A stretch of DNA of 54,717 bases. It comes from Pseudomonadota bacterium. GTDB lineage: Bacteria > UBA10199 > 2-02-FULL-44-16 > JAAZCA01. The notes under the pieces were generated by a model that ran no database searches, was not told the origin of the DNA, and saw nothing but the letters and a program-made list of their open reading frames with translations. The stretch covers positions 1-54,717 of the forward strand of contig JAFGMW010000064.1 of the NCBI GenBank assembly GCA_016927275.1, in the 5' to 3' direction. Positions 36,398-45,468 of the stretch are shown here, in pieces; position 1 is the first letter of the stretch; each line of letters begins with the position of its first letter. The translations under genes and the position numbers were made by a program.

Positions 36398-37309
36398 TCA
36401 GCTCATGAATTTCTCATAGAACAGCCCCCACTTCACCCCCCGGTCGGAGACCGTCACGTCCGCGTAACCCAAATGGCTCATGGCCTCGTGCAGGACGAGC
36501 GATCCGGCCAGTATAACGTCGGCCCTCTCCGGGTTCAGCCCCCTGATCGAGCGGCGCTCCGAGAGGCTCTTTCCCCGCAGCATATCCATGATGTCGCGCA
36601 GATCCGTGATCCTCAGGACCTTTCCGTGCACGGCGGGGGGCGAGTACCGCTCGAGCGAGAGGTGAATGGACATGAGCGTCGTGGCGGTGCCCGCCGTGGC
36701 CACGAGCCTCGCCTCGTGCGGCCTCGCGAACGTGTGGGGATCCGCGCCGGCGGCGAGCTCGTGCCTCACGGCGCCCCTCAGCGCATCGATCTCGCGGTCG
36801 TCCGGCGGATCGGAGCGCGCGTATCGCTCGGTGAGATTCACGCACCCGACGGGCAGGCTCGCGATCCTGAGCGACGAGTCGTGCATGGTGACGAGCTCCG
36901 TCGAGCCGCCGCCGACATCCGCGACCACGATCGAATCGCCGAAGTCGTGCGCCGAGGCCTTGTATGTGAGGCCCGCCTCCCGTTCCTCGGAGATCACCTC
37001 GATGGAGAGGCCAAGCGCCCTCTTGACCATGAGCAGGAAGTCGGACGCGTTCGAGGCGCTGCGCAGCGCGGCGGTGCCCACCGCCGCGATCCCGTCCACG
37101 CGGAGGGAGTCGCAGATCTCCATGTACTCCTTGAGGGCGGCGAGCGTCCCCTCCGCGGCCTCGGGCGAGATCTCGCCCGAGGAGGACAGCCCCCGGCCGA
37201 GCCTGGTGACGCGCGCCTCGTCCGCATGGGGACGCACCGATCCGTCCGGCGCCGGCTCCCCGGCGAGGAGGAGCACGGAGTTCGTGCCGATGTCTATCGC
37301 GGCCTTCAT
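36398..37309 (-). CDS. Ppx/GppA family phosphatase (short form)
   Basis: Start reset to MKAAIDIGTNSVLL; GTAALR, EREA, DVGGGSTE, RADVILAG, GVKWG. Confidence 0.9.
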   Translation of the reverse strand: MKAAIDIGTNSVLLLAGEPAPDGSVRPHADEARVTRLGRGLSSSGEISPEAAEGTLAALKEYMEICDSLRVDGIAAVGTAALRSASNASDFLLMVKRALGLSIEVISEEREAGLTYKASAHDFGDSIVVADVGGGSTELVTMHDSSLRIASLPVGCVNLTERYARSDPPDDREIDALRGAVRHELAAGADPHTFARPHEARLVATAGTATTLMSIHLSLERYSPPAVHGKVLRITDLRDIMDMLRGKSLSERRSIRGLNPERADVILAGSLVLHEAMSHLGYADVTVSDRGVKWGLFYEKFMS

Positions 37310-37317
37310 GGTTTGGC

Positions 37318-38607
37318 CTATTCGGGCCTCTTCTGCGGGCCCCACACGGGCAGCATGCCGTTGCCCTTGGAGACGCGTGTCTGGTTGGAGCCGTCGGCGC
37401 GCATGATGTAGATGGCGGCTCCTCCCTCGCGGCTGGAGGAGAAGGTGATCATCCTGCCGTCGGGAGAGAACGAGGGGTGCTCGTTGCTGCCGGTCCCGAT
37501 GGTGAGCCTCTGGATGTTCGAGCCGTCGGCGTTCATGATGAATATGTCGAAGGTCCCCATGTCGCGGCCCGCGAACGCTATCTTGTCGCCGATCGGCGAC
37601 CAGCTCGGCATGTCGTTCTGGTAGCCCACGAAGGTGAGCCGCTGCACGCCGCCGCCCGAGGCGGAGGTGCGGAATATGTGCAGCCCTCCCGCGCGCTCTG
37701 AGGCGAAGACGATGGAGCCGCCGTCGGGCGAGTAGTCGGGCGATATGTCGATGCTGCTGCCCGCGGTGAGCCTTCGCGCCGCGCCGCCGCCCGGGCTTAT
37801 CGTGTAGAGGTTGGCGGTCCCGGCCGCCGAGGAGGAGAATGCGATGATGCCGCCGTCGGGGGACCATGCGGGCGTTATGTTCGATCCGCCGATCGAGATC
37901 CTGTGAAGGTTGCCGCCGTTGAGGCTCGAGACGTACACGTCCGGGTTGTTTTTGAGGTACGAGGTAAAGGCGAGCCTTCCGCCGTCGGGGCTCCAGGCGG
38001 AGCCCATGTTGATGCTCTTGTTCTTGGTCACCGCGAACGGCCCGTGGCCGTCCATGTCCATCACGTAGATCTCCTTGCTCTTCTTGCCGGACACCGCTGT
38101 GTAGGAGATCCTGGTGTCGAAGACGCCCCAGATGCCGGTGAGGGCCAGCATGATCTCGTTGGAGAAGCGGTGGGCGATCTCGCGCATGCTCTTCTTGTCC
38201 GCCCGGTACTGCTTGCCCACCAGCATCTGCTTGAGGAACGGGTCGAAGAGCCGAAGCGTCACGGTCATCTTGCCGCCTTCGCTCGACACCTCGCCCTTGA
38301 CCAGGGCCCCCGCTTCGATGGCGGTCCAGAAGTCGAAGCGGATGGTGTCTATCGAGATCCCCTCCTTGCGCGCCACGTCCTTGAACGAGTCCTCGGACAG
38401 GACCCTGAAGTACCCGGAGAGCTCCATGTCGTTGCGGATTATCCCGGCCATGTCGCGGCCGCCGGACCCGCGCAGGTCCGCGACGGCGATGGGGAACTTC
38501 TGGTCGGACGGCTGATCGATGGGCACGTAGATGCGCGCCCACGCCCCCATTGGCAGGAGCATCGCCGCCATCAGCGCCACCGTGAAAAAGATCTTTCTGT
38601 TTTTCAT
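37318..38607 (-). CDS. tolB: Tol-Pal beta-propeller protein TolB
   Basis: Signal peptide, FPIAV…DMELSGYF N domain, repeated P.WSPDG (PD40) blades. Confidence 0.93.
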   Translation of the reverse strand: MKNRKIFFTVALMAAMLLPMGAWARIYVPIDQPSDQKFPIAVADLRGSGGRDMAGIIRNDMELSGYFRVLSEDSFKDVARKEGISIDTIRFDFWTAIEAGALVKGEVSSEGGKMTVTLRLFDPFLKQMLVGKQYRADKKSMREIAHRFSNEIMLALTGIWGVFDTRISYTAVSGKKSKEIYVMDMDGHGPFAVTKNKSINMGSAWSPDGGRLAFTSYLKNNPDVYVSSLNGGNLHRISIGGSNITPAWSPDGGIIAFSSSAAGTANLYTISPGGGAARRLTAGSSIDISPDYSPDGGSIVFASERAGGLHIFRTSASGGGVQRLTFVGYQNDMPSWSPIGDKIAFAGRDMGTFDIFIMNADGSNIQRLTIGTGSNEHPSFSPDGRMITFSSSREGGAAIYIMRADGSNQTRVSKGNGMLPVWGPQKRPE

Positions 38608-38628
38608 AGTCTCCCCGTTTTTTCCGCC

Positions 38629-38657
38629 AGTCACGAGTCACGAGTCACGAGTCACGG
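38629..38657 (+). repeat. Heptamer tandem array (CACGAGT)x3-CACGG
   Basis: Between the tolA stop and the tolB start. Confidence 0.9.
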
Positions 38658-38660
38658 TAT

Positions 38661-39509
38661 TTAATACTTTGCCTTCAACCTCGGGTCAAACTCTATGAGG
38701 AATCCCTCGTTGTACGCCTCCCACGCCAGCCGGTCCGGAGGCTTTGGGAACGGCGACGCCTTCTTGATGGCGCGGACCGCGGACTGGTCGAAGGCCGCGT
38801 TGCCCGACTGCGACTGCCAGCGGATGGATGTCACGTCGCCGTCGAGGTTGATCATGACCTCCACCCGCGCGTTGTACGAAGCGCTCTCGTCCTCCGCGAA
38901 TATCATCGGGATGATCCACTCCTTCATCACCTTGTAGCGGATCATCGACTGGTACTTGAGGTATTCGGGGTCCGAGGGCATCACGCGCAGGGGCTCCTTG
39001 CCGGTGCCGTACTTGAACCCCTGGCCCTCCTTCTCTATCTGCGCCGCCTCGGGGACCACGGTCCGGTCCCTGAGCTGCTTGTCGATCTTGGCGAGCGCAT
39101 CCTGTATCTTGCGGTCGGCCCTCATCTTCGGCCTCGGCGCCTCGGCCTTGCGGACCTTCTTGTCCTCGAACTCCATCTTCGGCCTGGGCGGGAGCTCGGT
39201 CTTTATGTCCAGCTTCGCCTCCTTGGCATCCTTGGGCTTGAGGGCGGGCAGCGTCTCCTGGCTGGGCTCGAGCCTCTTCTGCTCCTCTATGGTGCTCCTC
39301 GGGAGCCCCTCGGTCTTCTTGACCGACAGCTCGATCTCCTCGCTCGTGCCCTTGGGGAGCTCGACCCAGACGATCTTCGTGGGCCTCTCGTCGAAGCGGA
39401 ACCCGAGGGCGGGGACCATCGCGAAGAAGAGTATCATCGCGGCGTGCAGCGCTGCGGAGACCAGGACCGGCGTGCGTAGGACCGACAATGTGGGGTGGGA
39501 GTATCTCAC
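38661..39509 (-). CDS. tolA: TolA/TonB-type energy transducer
   Basis: N-terminal TM with SAALH, charged linker, C domain WIIP…SGNAAFDQSAVRAIKKASPFPKPP; located between tolR and tolB. Confidence 0.8.
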   Translation of the reverse strand: MRYSHPTLSVLRTPVLVSAALHAAMILFFAMVPALGFRFDERPTKIVWVELPKGTSEEIELSVKKTEGLPRSTIEEQKRLEPSQETLPALKPKDAKEAKLDIKTELPPRPKMEFEDKKVRKAEAPRPKMRADRKIQDALAKIDKQLRDRTVVPEAAQIEKEGQGFKYGTGKEPLRVMPSDPEYLKYQSMIRYKVMKEWIIPMIFAEDESASYNARVEVMINLDGDVTSIRWQSQSGNAAFDQSAVRAIKKASPFPKPPDRLAWEAYNEGFLIEFDPRLKAKY

Positions 39510-39515
39510 GGCCCG

Positions 39516-39983
39516 TCAGGACTTCTCCCTGTCTTCGCTCTCTTGGGCCTCGAACTCGGGGTGCGTGATCATGCCGATGCGGTCCACTCCGGCCCTCTTG
39601 GCCATGGACATCACCCGAACCACCCAGCCGTACTTCACGTCCGTGTCGGCCTTTATGAAGAGATCGCGCTGCTGCTTGGCCTCATAGATGGCGATGAGCC
39701 TGCCCTGTATCTCGTCGAACGGTATGGCGGGGCCCTCGTCGCCGATGTAGATGCTGCCGTCCTTCTGTATGGTGAGGATCACGTCGGTCTTGGCGCGCTT
39801 GAGCGCAGGGGCCTGCGCCTGCGGCAGGTTCACCGGCAGCCCCTGCTGCAGAAGGGGGGCGGTGATCATGAAGGCGATCAGCAGCATGAGCGCCACGTCC
39901 ACCAGTGGCGTGATGTTGATCTCGGAGAGCAGACGGTTGTGGGTCTTGCCCTTCCTGAGAAGCTCCTGTTTGGTTCCAAGCAT
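39516..39983 (-). CDS. tolR: TolR (ExbD/TolR family)
   Basis: EINITPLVDVALMLLIAFMITAP, VNLPQA, IKADTDVKYG. Confidence 0.9.
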   Translation of the reverse strand: MLGTKQELLRKGKTHNRLLSEINITPLVDVALMLLIAFMITAPLLQQGLPVNLPQAQAPALKRAKTDVILTIQKDGSIYIGDEGPAIPFDEIQGRLIAIYEAKQQRDLFIKADTDVKYGWVVRVMSMAKRAGVDRIGMITHPEFEAQESEDREKS

Positions 39984-40000
39984 CGTCTGGCGTCCTTATC

Positions 40001-40720
40001 CTATTCCTGGTTGTAGTACTCGTGCGAGATCCGGAGATTGAGATCGTCGCTGAAGTCGTCCAGGTCCTTGGCTATGATCCTTATGCGGTTCACGAAGAAG
40101 TTGTAGAAGATCGTGGCCGGCACCGCGGCGATGAGGCCCACCGCGGTGGTGATGAGCGCCTCGGAGATGTAGGGCCCAACGACCGCGAGGCTCGAGGAGC
40201 CGGTCTTTCCGATCTTCCAGAAGGCGTGCAGTATCCCCCACACCGTGCCGAAGAGGCCGAGGAACGGGGCGGCGCTGCTGGTCGTCGCCAGAAACGGCAC
40301 GCTGTACTCCATGGACTCGATCTCCTCGTCGGCCGCCCGCTTGATCTCGCGCTGCACCATCCTCGAGGCCTGCGGCGACTGGTTCTCGCGCAGGCTGTCC
40401 ACCGCCGCCTTGAAGACGTTGAAGGCAGGGCTCTTGCGGAACGTGCCCTTGGAGAGGATGGCGTCTATGGACTTGGACTGGTTGAAGAGGCGGTAGAAGC
40501 GCTCCGAGAGCTGCTTGGCCCTCTTGAGCTGGCGGTGCTTCGAGCCGATGATCGCCCACGAGACGATCGAGAAGACGAACAGCATCACCATGACGATCTG
40601 CACGATCAGGTCGGCCCCGAATATAAGCTGGATCATGCTCTGGTTGCCGAGGGCGAGGTCGGTGGCCTCTACGATCTCCTGTGTCTGGGCCATGACGCCC
40701 AGCAGCGCGATGGGATTCAT
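40001..40720 (-). CDS. tolQ: TolQ (MotA/TolQ/ExbB family)
   Basis: PFLGLFGTVWGI, ISEALITTAVGLIAAVPA.IFYN. Confidence 0.92.
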   Translation of the reverse strand: MNPIALLGVMAQTQEIVEATDLALGNQSMIQLIFGADLIVQIVMVMLFVFSIVSWAIIGSKHRQLKRAKQLSERFYRLFNQSKSIDAILSKGTFRKSPAFNVFKAAVDSLRENQSPQASRMVQREIKRAADEEIESMEYSVPFLATTSSAAPFLGLFGTVWGILHAFWKIGKTGSSSLAVVGPYISEALITTAVGLIAAVPATIFYNFFVNRIRIIAKDLDDFSDDLNLRISHEYYNQE

Positions 40721-40754
40721 ACGGTGTTGTTCTCCTTTGTGAGATTGATGCGGG

Positions 40755-40784
40755 AATATACGTATTGAGCATGAGTCCTGTCAA
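40755..40784 (-). promoter_or_regulatory. Sigma70-like promoter for tolQRAB
   Basis: Minus strand TTGACA-N18-TATATT about 35 bp upstream of tolQ, followed by an AAGGAG SD. Confidence 0.55.
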
Positions 40785-41020
40785 CTCAACTCGGCATCGA
40801 CGCCGCTCGCGCAGGATGAGGACCGAAGAGAGGCGGCGTGCGATCTCTTCCCGCGCGGGGAGTCTCGCACCGAGGGCAGCCGGTCGCGGCAAAAGGGCCC
40901 GGTGAAGCGGCAAAGACCCTCAAATACCGACAAATTCCATACGTCATCCGATTGACAGCTTTTTCCAATAATCGTCAAAATCATGACACATGTCTCAAAT
41001 TTGCAATCCACCCTGAACTG

Positions 41021-41033
41021 CAAGTAATTGAAA
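41021..41033 (-). promoter_or_regulatory. IHF-like binding site
   Basis: CAAGTAATTGAAA is the reverse complement of WATCAANNNNTTR with one mismatch; about 30 bp upstream of a GG-N10-GC element. Confidence 0.45.
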
Positions 41034-41061
41034 ATAAAAGGTTTAATCTCTCAGTCATCGC

Positions 41062-41077
41062 AGGTGCGATTCTTGCT
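41062..41077 (+). promoter_or_regulatory. Probable sigma54 promoter
   Basis: AGGTGCGATTCTTGCT: GG-N10-GC with exact TTGCT at -12; the -24 box deviates from TGGCAC. Confidence 0.5.
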
Positions 41078-41129
41078 TATATTAGCCTGTGCAGCTGTTT
41101 CGCATCCGGGCGCACAGCGGAGTTTTGTC

Positions 41130-41855
41130 ATGAAGAGAGCTGTATCGGCAATGGCAGCCGGCCTCATGCTCGTGGCGATCTGCGGTCCTGCGCACGCGGT
41201 CTCCGCCGGGGCGGTCGATTACGCGGCCGCGTTTCTGGGCGGGAAAATTGTTCTGTTCGGCAGGCTGGGCGCGGGGCAGAGCTGGAGCGCCTTAAAGCCC
41301 GAGGCCAAATCTCACGAATATGGCTATCGCTGCTACGACTCGCACAACCAGCTCTGGAAGACAGTGGGCAGCAGGGTCCAGGCGGGAGCAAGGATCCTGG
41401 TTTTCGTCGAGATGAATTGTGCCCCTGAGGCGGGGTATTGCGCCGACCCGGGCAAGGCGCCGGAAAAGGCGGCGCGCGTCCGCATGCGGGTATTTGCCCA
41501 GTGCAGGCCGGTGGCGCCCGCATCGGCGGAGTTCGTCTGCACCCTCGACGGCAAGGACATACCGGTGCTGTGCGACCTCAATTCCGCCATGCCCGAGAGA
41601 AAGATCGAGAAGCTCTTCGACGATGGGAGCTATGGAATGAAGATCGTGTTCAGGGAGGCGGCGTCGGGCCTCGAGAGCCCCGCCCTCGGATTAGATGCGC
41701 TCTTCGGGGCCGAGAACGCGGACGCGGACAACGACGGCGTGCCCGACGCCTGGGACAACTGCCCGTCGGCGCCGAACGAGGACCAGGCGGACGCGGACGG
41801 CGACGGCGCCGGGGACGCATGCCCCGGAGCGCCCGCAGCGCCGCCTGCCCGGTGA
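41130..41855 (+). CDS. Secreted protein with C-terminal thrombospondin type-3 Ca-binding repeats
   Basis: Signal peptide (…PAHA-VSA); DADNDGVPDAWDNCPSAPNEDQADADGDGAGDAC. Confidence 0.75.
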   Translation: MKRAVSAMAAGLMLVAICGPAHAVSAGAVDYAAAFLGGKIVLFGRLGAGQSWSALKPEAKSHEYGYRCYDSHNQLWKTVGSRVQAGARILVFVEMNCAPEAGYCADPGKAPEKAARVRMRVFAQCRPVAPASAEFVCTLDGKDIPVLCDLNSAMPERKIEKLFDDGSYGMKIVFREAASGLESPALGLDALFGAENADADNDGVPDAWDNCPSAPNEDQADADGDGAGDACPGAPAAPPAR

Positions 41856-41876
41856 ATGATTTGAGAGGAGGACGTC

Positions 41877-42077
41877 ATGGGAAGGCTATGGAGCGAGGAG
41901 ATGGACAGGCGGTGGGAGCTCTACCGCGAGGAGACGACCGCCTGGGAGCTGATGCACGAGGAGGAGGGGTTCGAGGACCTGGGGCTCATGGCCGACGGGG
42001 AGATCTCGGATCTTGACGGCCAGGAGACGCACCTCCATTTCCACCACGCGAACGCGTTCAAGGAGCAGAAACACTGA
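41877..42077 (+). CDS. Small acidic hypothetical protein (66 aa)
   Basis: Strong GAGGAGG SD, G/C-ending codons; Glu/Asp-rich with an HLHFHH tail. Confidence 0.6.
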   Translation: MGRLWSEEMDRRWELYREETTAWELMHEEEGFEDLGLMADGEISDLDGQETHLHFHHANAFKEQKH

Positions 42078-42137
42078 GGTCGGAGTGCGGATTTTTTCCC
42101 TAGGAACAGAGGGCCCTTTGCGGTATAGGCCGGGCCC

Positions 42138-42938
42138 ATGTCGAGCCAATCGCCCATAGGAATCTTCGACTCGGGAATAGGCGGCCTCACCGTGCTGGCC
42201 GCGGTCAAGAGGCGCCTGCCAGGCGAGTCGGTCCTCTATCTCGGGGACACCGCCAGGGTACCCTACGGCACCAAGTCCGCCGAGACTGTCGTTCGCTACT
42301 CGAGCCAGTGCGCGGCTTTCCTCGTGGAGAGGGGGGTCAAGGCGCTGGTGGTCGCGTGCAACACCGCGTCCGCCTACGCGCTGCCCGAGCTCGCGAAGAA
42401 CTTCGACGTCCCGGTGCTGGGGGTCGTGGAGCCGGGCTGCAGGGCGGCCCTCGAAATCTCCAGGGGGGGCGGCATCGGCGTGATCGGCACGGCCGGGACC
42501 GTGGCGAGCAACGCCTACGGCTCGCTGCTCAAGGCCATGGACCCCTCCGTGCGGGTCGTCAGCCGCGCCTGCCCGCTGTTCGTGCCGCTGGTGGAGGAGG
42601 GGTGGACCGACAACGATGTGGCCGAGGCGGCGGCTGCCAGATATCTGGCCGGGCTTTCCTCCGAGGGGATAGACACCCTGATCCTCGGGTGCACGCACTA
42701 TCCGCTGCTCAAGGGGGTGATAGCCCGGAACGTGGGGGTGGGCGTGAGGCTGATCGATTCCGCCGAGGCCACTGCGGCAGCACTCGAGGCCCTGCTCGCC
42801 GGGAAGATGATCGCGGCGGCGGAGAAGGCGGGCGCAAGGGACCATCTCTATGTCACAGACCTGCCGGCGAGGTTCGAGGGGATCGCACACCGGTTCCTCG
42901 GCGGTGAGCCGCCGGAGGTCACGAGGGTCGACCTCTGA
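42138..42938 (+). CDS. murI: Glutamate racemase
   Basis: FDSGIGGLTV, GDTARVPYG, ACNTAS, LGCTHYP. Confidence 0.97.
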   Translation: MSSQSPIGIFDSGIGGLTVLAAVKRRLPGESVLYLGDTARVPYGTKSAETVVRYSSQCAAFLVERGVKALVVACNTASAYALPELAKNFDVPVLGVVEPGCRAALEISRGGGIGVIGTAGTVASNAYGSLLKAMDPSVRVVSRACPLFVPLVEEGWTDNDVAEAAAARYLAGLSSEGIDTLILGCTHYPLLKGVIARNVGVGVRLIDSAEATAAALEALLAGKMIAAAEKAGARDHLYVTDLPARFEGIAHRFLGGEPPEVTRVDL

Positions 42939-43062
42939 GGGCCAATGCCCTTGCATTTTCCCGTGCCCATGCTAGATGATTGACCCCCAAAGGGGGAGGG
43001 GGGCGCATTCCGTCGCAGCTGACCCGCCTTGTTTTCGCGTCAATTAAAAAACGGAGAAGGCC

Positions 43063-44322
43063 TTGCCGAAATCGAAACGCATCGCAGTGTGCATAGCGGC
43101 GCTGTCGCTTGTGGCCGCATCTCTCGGAGCGCGGGAAGCCCGGGCGCTCACCGACCGGGGCTACAAGTCGCTCCACAACTTCTCCAAGGTCCTGCACTAC
43201 ATCGAGGACAACTACGTGACCGAGGTTGACGAGCAGAAGCTCATCCGCGGCGCGGTCGAGGGCATGGTGTCGACCCTGGACCCGCACAGCGTCTACATGA
43301 GCCCCGAGGTGAACCGCGAGCTCAAGGTTGACACCTCAGGCCGCTTCGACGGCGTCGGGCTCGAGGTCGCGGTCAGAGAGGGCGTGCTCGTGGTGGTCGC
43401 GCCCATCAAGGGCTCGCCCGCGGACAGGGCAGGCGTGAGGGCCGGCGACAAGATACTTCGAATAAACGGGGTCTCCACCAAGAACATGAACCTCGGGGAG
43501 GCGGTGCTCAAGATGCGCGGCAGGCGCGGGAGCCGCATCACCCTCACGCTCACGCGCGAGGGGGCGCCCAAGGCGTTCGACGTCTCGCTCACCCGCCAGA
43601 TCATCAGCGTGCCCAGCGTGAAGGCGGAGTTGCTCGACGGGGGCATAGCCTACGCCTCGATCTCGAGCTTCCAGCAGGGCACGACCCGATCGCTCGAGAG
43701 GGCGCTCGCCGATCTCTCGAAGAGGGGCGAGGTCAGTGGGCTCATCCTCGATCTCAGGCACAACCCCGGGGGGCTCCTGGAGCAGGCGATCGAGGTGTCG
43801 GACCTGTTCCTCAAGGGCGGCGTCATAGTCTCGACCGACAACAGGGGAAAGGAGGTCGACCGCAGGGAGGCGGTCGATCAGGGCAACGAGCCCTCCTATC
43901 CGATCGCGGTCCTGGTGGACGAGGGCTCCGCCTCCGCCTCCGAGATCGTCGCGGGCGCGCTCAGGGACAACGACAGGGCAACGCTGATCGGCAAGAAGAC
44001 ATTCGGCAAGGGCTCGGTGCAGACGGTGATAGACCTCGACGACGGATCGGGCCTGAAGATCACCGTGGCGTACTACCGCACGCCCAGCGGCAGGATCATA
44101 CACGACCAGGGGATCGTGCCCGACATCTCCATCGAGGCCAGGCCGAAGCCGGCGGGCGAGCTGCCGGGAAAGCCGGCCGCGCCCGAGGTCGCCGAGGAGG
44201 AGGGCGAGGGCGAGGAGGCGGCCGCGAAGGCGGAGCCTGAATCTGCGGTGAAGGCGCCCGAAGTCGACAACCAGAGGGAGAGGGCGATCAAGTTCATGAG
44301 GGAGAGGATCGAAAAACAGTAA
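43063..44322 (+). CDS. S41 family C-terminal processing protease (CtpA-like, PDZ)
   Basis: TTG start and signal peptide; LDPHS, DLRHNPGGLL, SASASEI, TFGKGSVQ. Confidence 0.93.
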   Translation: MPKSKRIAVCIAALSLVAASLGAREARALTDRGYKSLHNFSKVLHYIEDNYVTEVDEQKLIRGAVEGMVSTLDPHSVYMSPEVNRELKVDTSGRFDGVGLEVAVREGVLVVVAPIKGSPADRAGVRAGDKILRINGVSTKNMNLGEAVLKMRGRRGSRITLTLTREGAPKAFDVSLTRQIISVPSVKAELLDGGIAYASISSFQQGTTRSLERALADLSKRGEVSGLILDLRHNPGGLLEQAIEVSDLFLKGGVIVSTDNRGKEVDRREAVDQGNEPSYPIAVLVDEGSASASEIVAGALRDNDRATLIGKKTFGKGSVQTVIDLDDGSGLKITVAYYRTPSGRIIHDQGIVPDISIEARPKPAGELPGKPAAPEVAEEEGEGEEAAAKAEPESAVKAPEVDNQRERAIKFMRERIEKQ

Positions 44323-44339
44323 AGACAAGGAGGAAGGCG

Positions 44340-45377
44340 ATGATTTCGAGAGTGGGCGTTCTCACGGGCGGAGGCGATTGCCCCGGGCTCAACGCGGTGA
44401 TCAGGGGCGTGGTGCGGCGTTCGCTCATGCACGGCGGCTACGAGATCGTGGGGATCAAATACGGCTGGCGGGGGCTCCTGGAGAAGCAAACCATGCCGCT
44501 CGCGAGGGCGGACGTGCGCGGCATCCTCCACCGCGGCGGCACGATACTCGGCACCAGCCGCACCAACATATTCAAGAACGAGGATCTCACGAAGAAGGCG
44601 ATCGAGAACTTCAAGGCCATGAAGCTCGACGCGCTCATCGCCATAGGGGGCGAGGACACGCTCGGCGCGGCCAAGAAGCTGGGCGACCGCGGCATCAAGG
44701 TCGTCGGCTGCCCCAAGACCATCGACAACGACCTGAACGGCACGGACCTCACGTTCGGGTTCGACACGGCGGTGATGATAGCCACCGAGGCGATCGACAG
44801 GCTGCACACCACCGCCGAGTCGCACGACAGGGTGCTCGTCTGCGAGGTGATGGGCCGCCACGCCGGGTGGATAGCGACCTACGCCGGGCTCGCCGGAGGG
44901 GCGGACGCGATCCTCGTCCCCGAGAAGCCGATAAACGTGGACGAGGTCTGCGAGAGCGTGATCCGGCGCTCGAGGATGGGCGTCAACTTCAGCATCATAG
45001 TCGTCGCCGAGGGGGCGAAGATCGCGGGGCAGGACGAGGTGCTCGCCTCCAAGAAGGTCGACGAGTTCGGCCACGTGCAGCTCGGCGGGATCGGAGCGAT
45101 GCTCACCAAGCAGATCGAGCAGAAGACCGGCTTCGACACGAGGGTGACGGTGCTCGGCCACGTGCAGCGCGGCGGCACGCCGACCGCCTTCGACAGGATA
45201 CTCGCCACTCGCTACGGGGTGGCGGCGATGGACGCGGTCCACTCGGGGCACTTCGGGGTGCTCGTGGCCCTCAGGGGCAACGACATCGTGGAGGTGCCGC
45301 TCTCCGAGGTCTCCGAGGGGATCCGCACCGTGGACGAGAATTTCTACCAGATGACCAAGACATTCTGGGGTTTCTAG
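44340..45377 (+). CDS. pfkA: 6-phosphofructokinase (short clade; PPi-type signature residues)
   Basis: TGGGDCPGLN, GGTILGTSR, GGEDT, PKTIDND, EVMGRHAG, LGHVQRGG. Confidence 0.93.
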   Translation: MISRVGVLTGGGDCPGLNAVIRGVVRRSLMHGGYEIVGIKYGWRGLLEKQTMPLARADVRGILHRGGTILGTSRTNIFKNEDLTKKAIENFKAMKLDALIAIGGEDTLGAAKKLGDRGIKVVGCPKTIDNDLNGTDLTFGFDTAVMIATEAIDRLHTTAESHDRVLVCEVMGRHAGWIATYAGLAGGADAILVPEKPINVDEVCESVIRRSRMGVNFSIIVVAEGAKIAGQDEVLASKKVDEFGHVQLGGIGAMLTKQIEQKTGFDTRVTVLGHVQRGGTPTAFDRILATRYGVAAMDAVHSGHFGVLVALRGNDIVEVPLSEVSEGIRTVDENFYQMTKTFWGF

Positions 45378-45468
45378 GCCCCCTGTATCGGCGTCGCTTC
45401 CGTGCCCGAACGGGGAGCTCCGATCGCAAAAAACAGGCCCATGCCGCAGTGAAAACAGGAGGATGCGA

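Noticed and set aside
37310-38641. 747-aa ORF suggesting a TolB-Ppx fusion
   Set aside because: The upstream part is an off-frame reading of tolB; tolB has its own stop at 37318 and Ppx starts at 37309.
21950-38657. Tandem arrays as CRISPR repeats
   Set aside because: Units are 7 nt with no spacers, and there are no cas genes.
41060-41076. GCAGG-TGCGATT-CTTGC resembles a tRNA T-arm or attachment-site remnant
   Set aside because: No acceptor, D or anticodon arms can be built and the TTC of the T-loop is absent; a sigma54 -24/-12 element with an upstream IHF-like site explains it better.
41877-42077. Possible RiPP precursor peptide
   Set aside because: No radical SAM, YcaO, LanM, dedicated peptidase or transporter genes adjacent, and no leader/core pattern.
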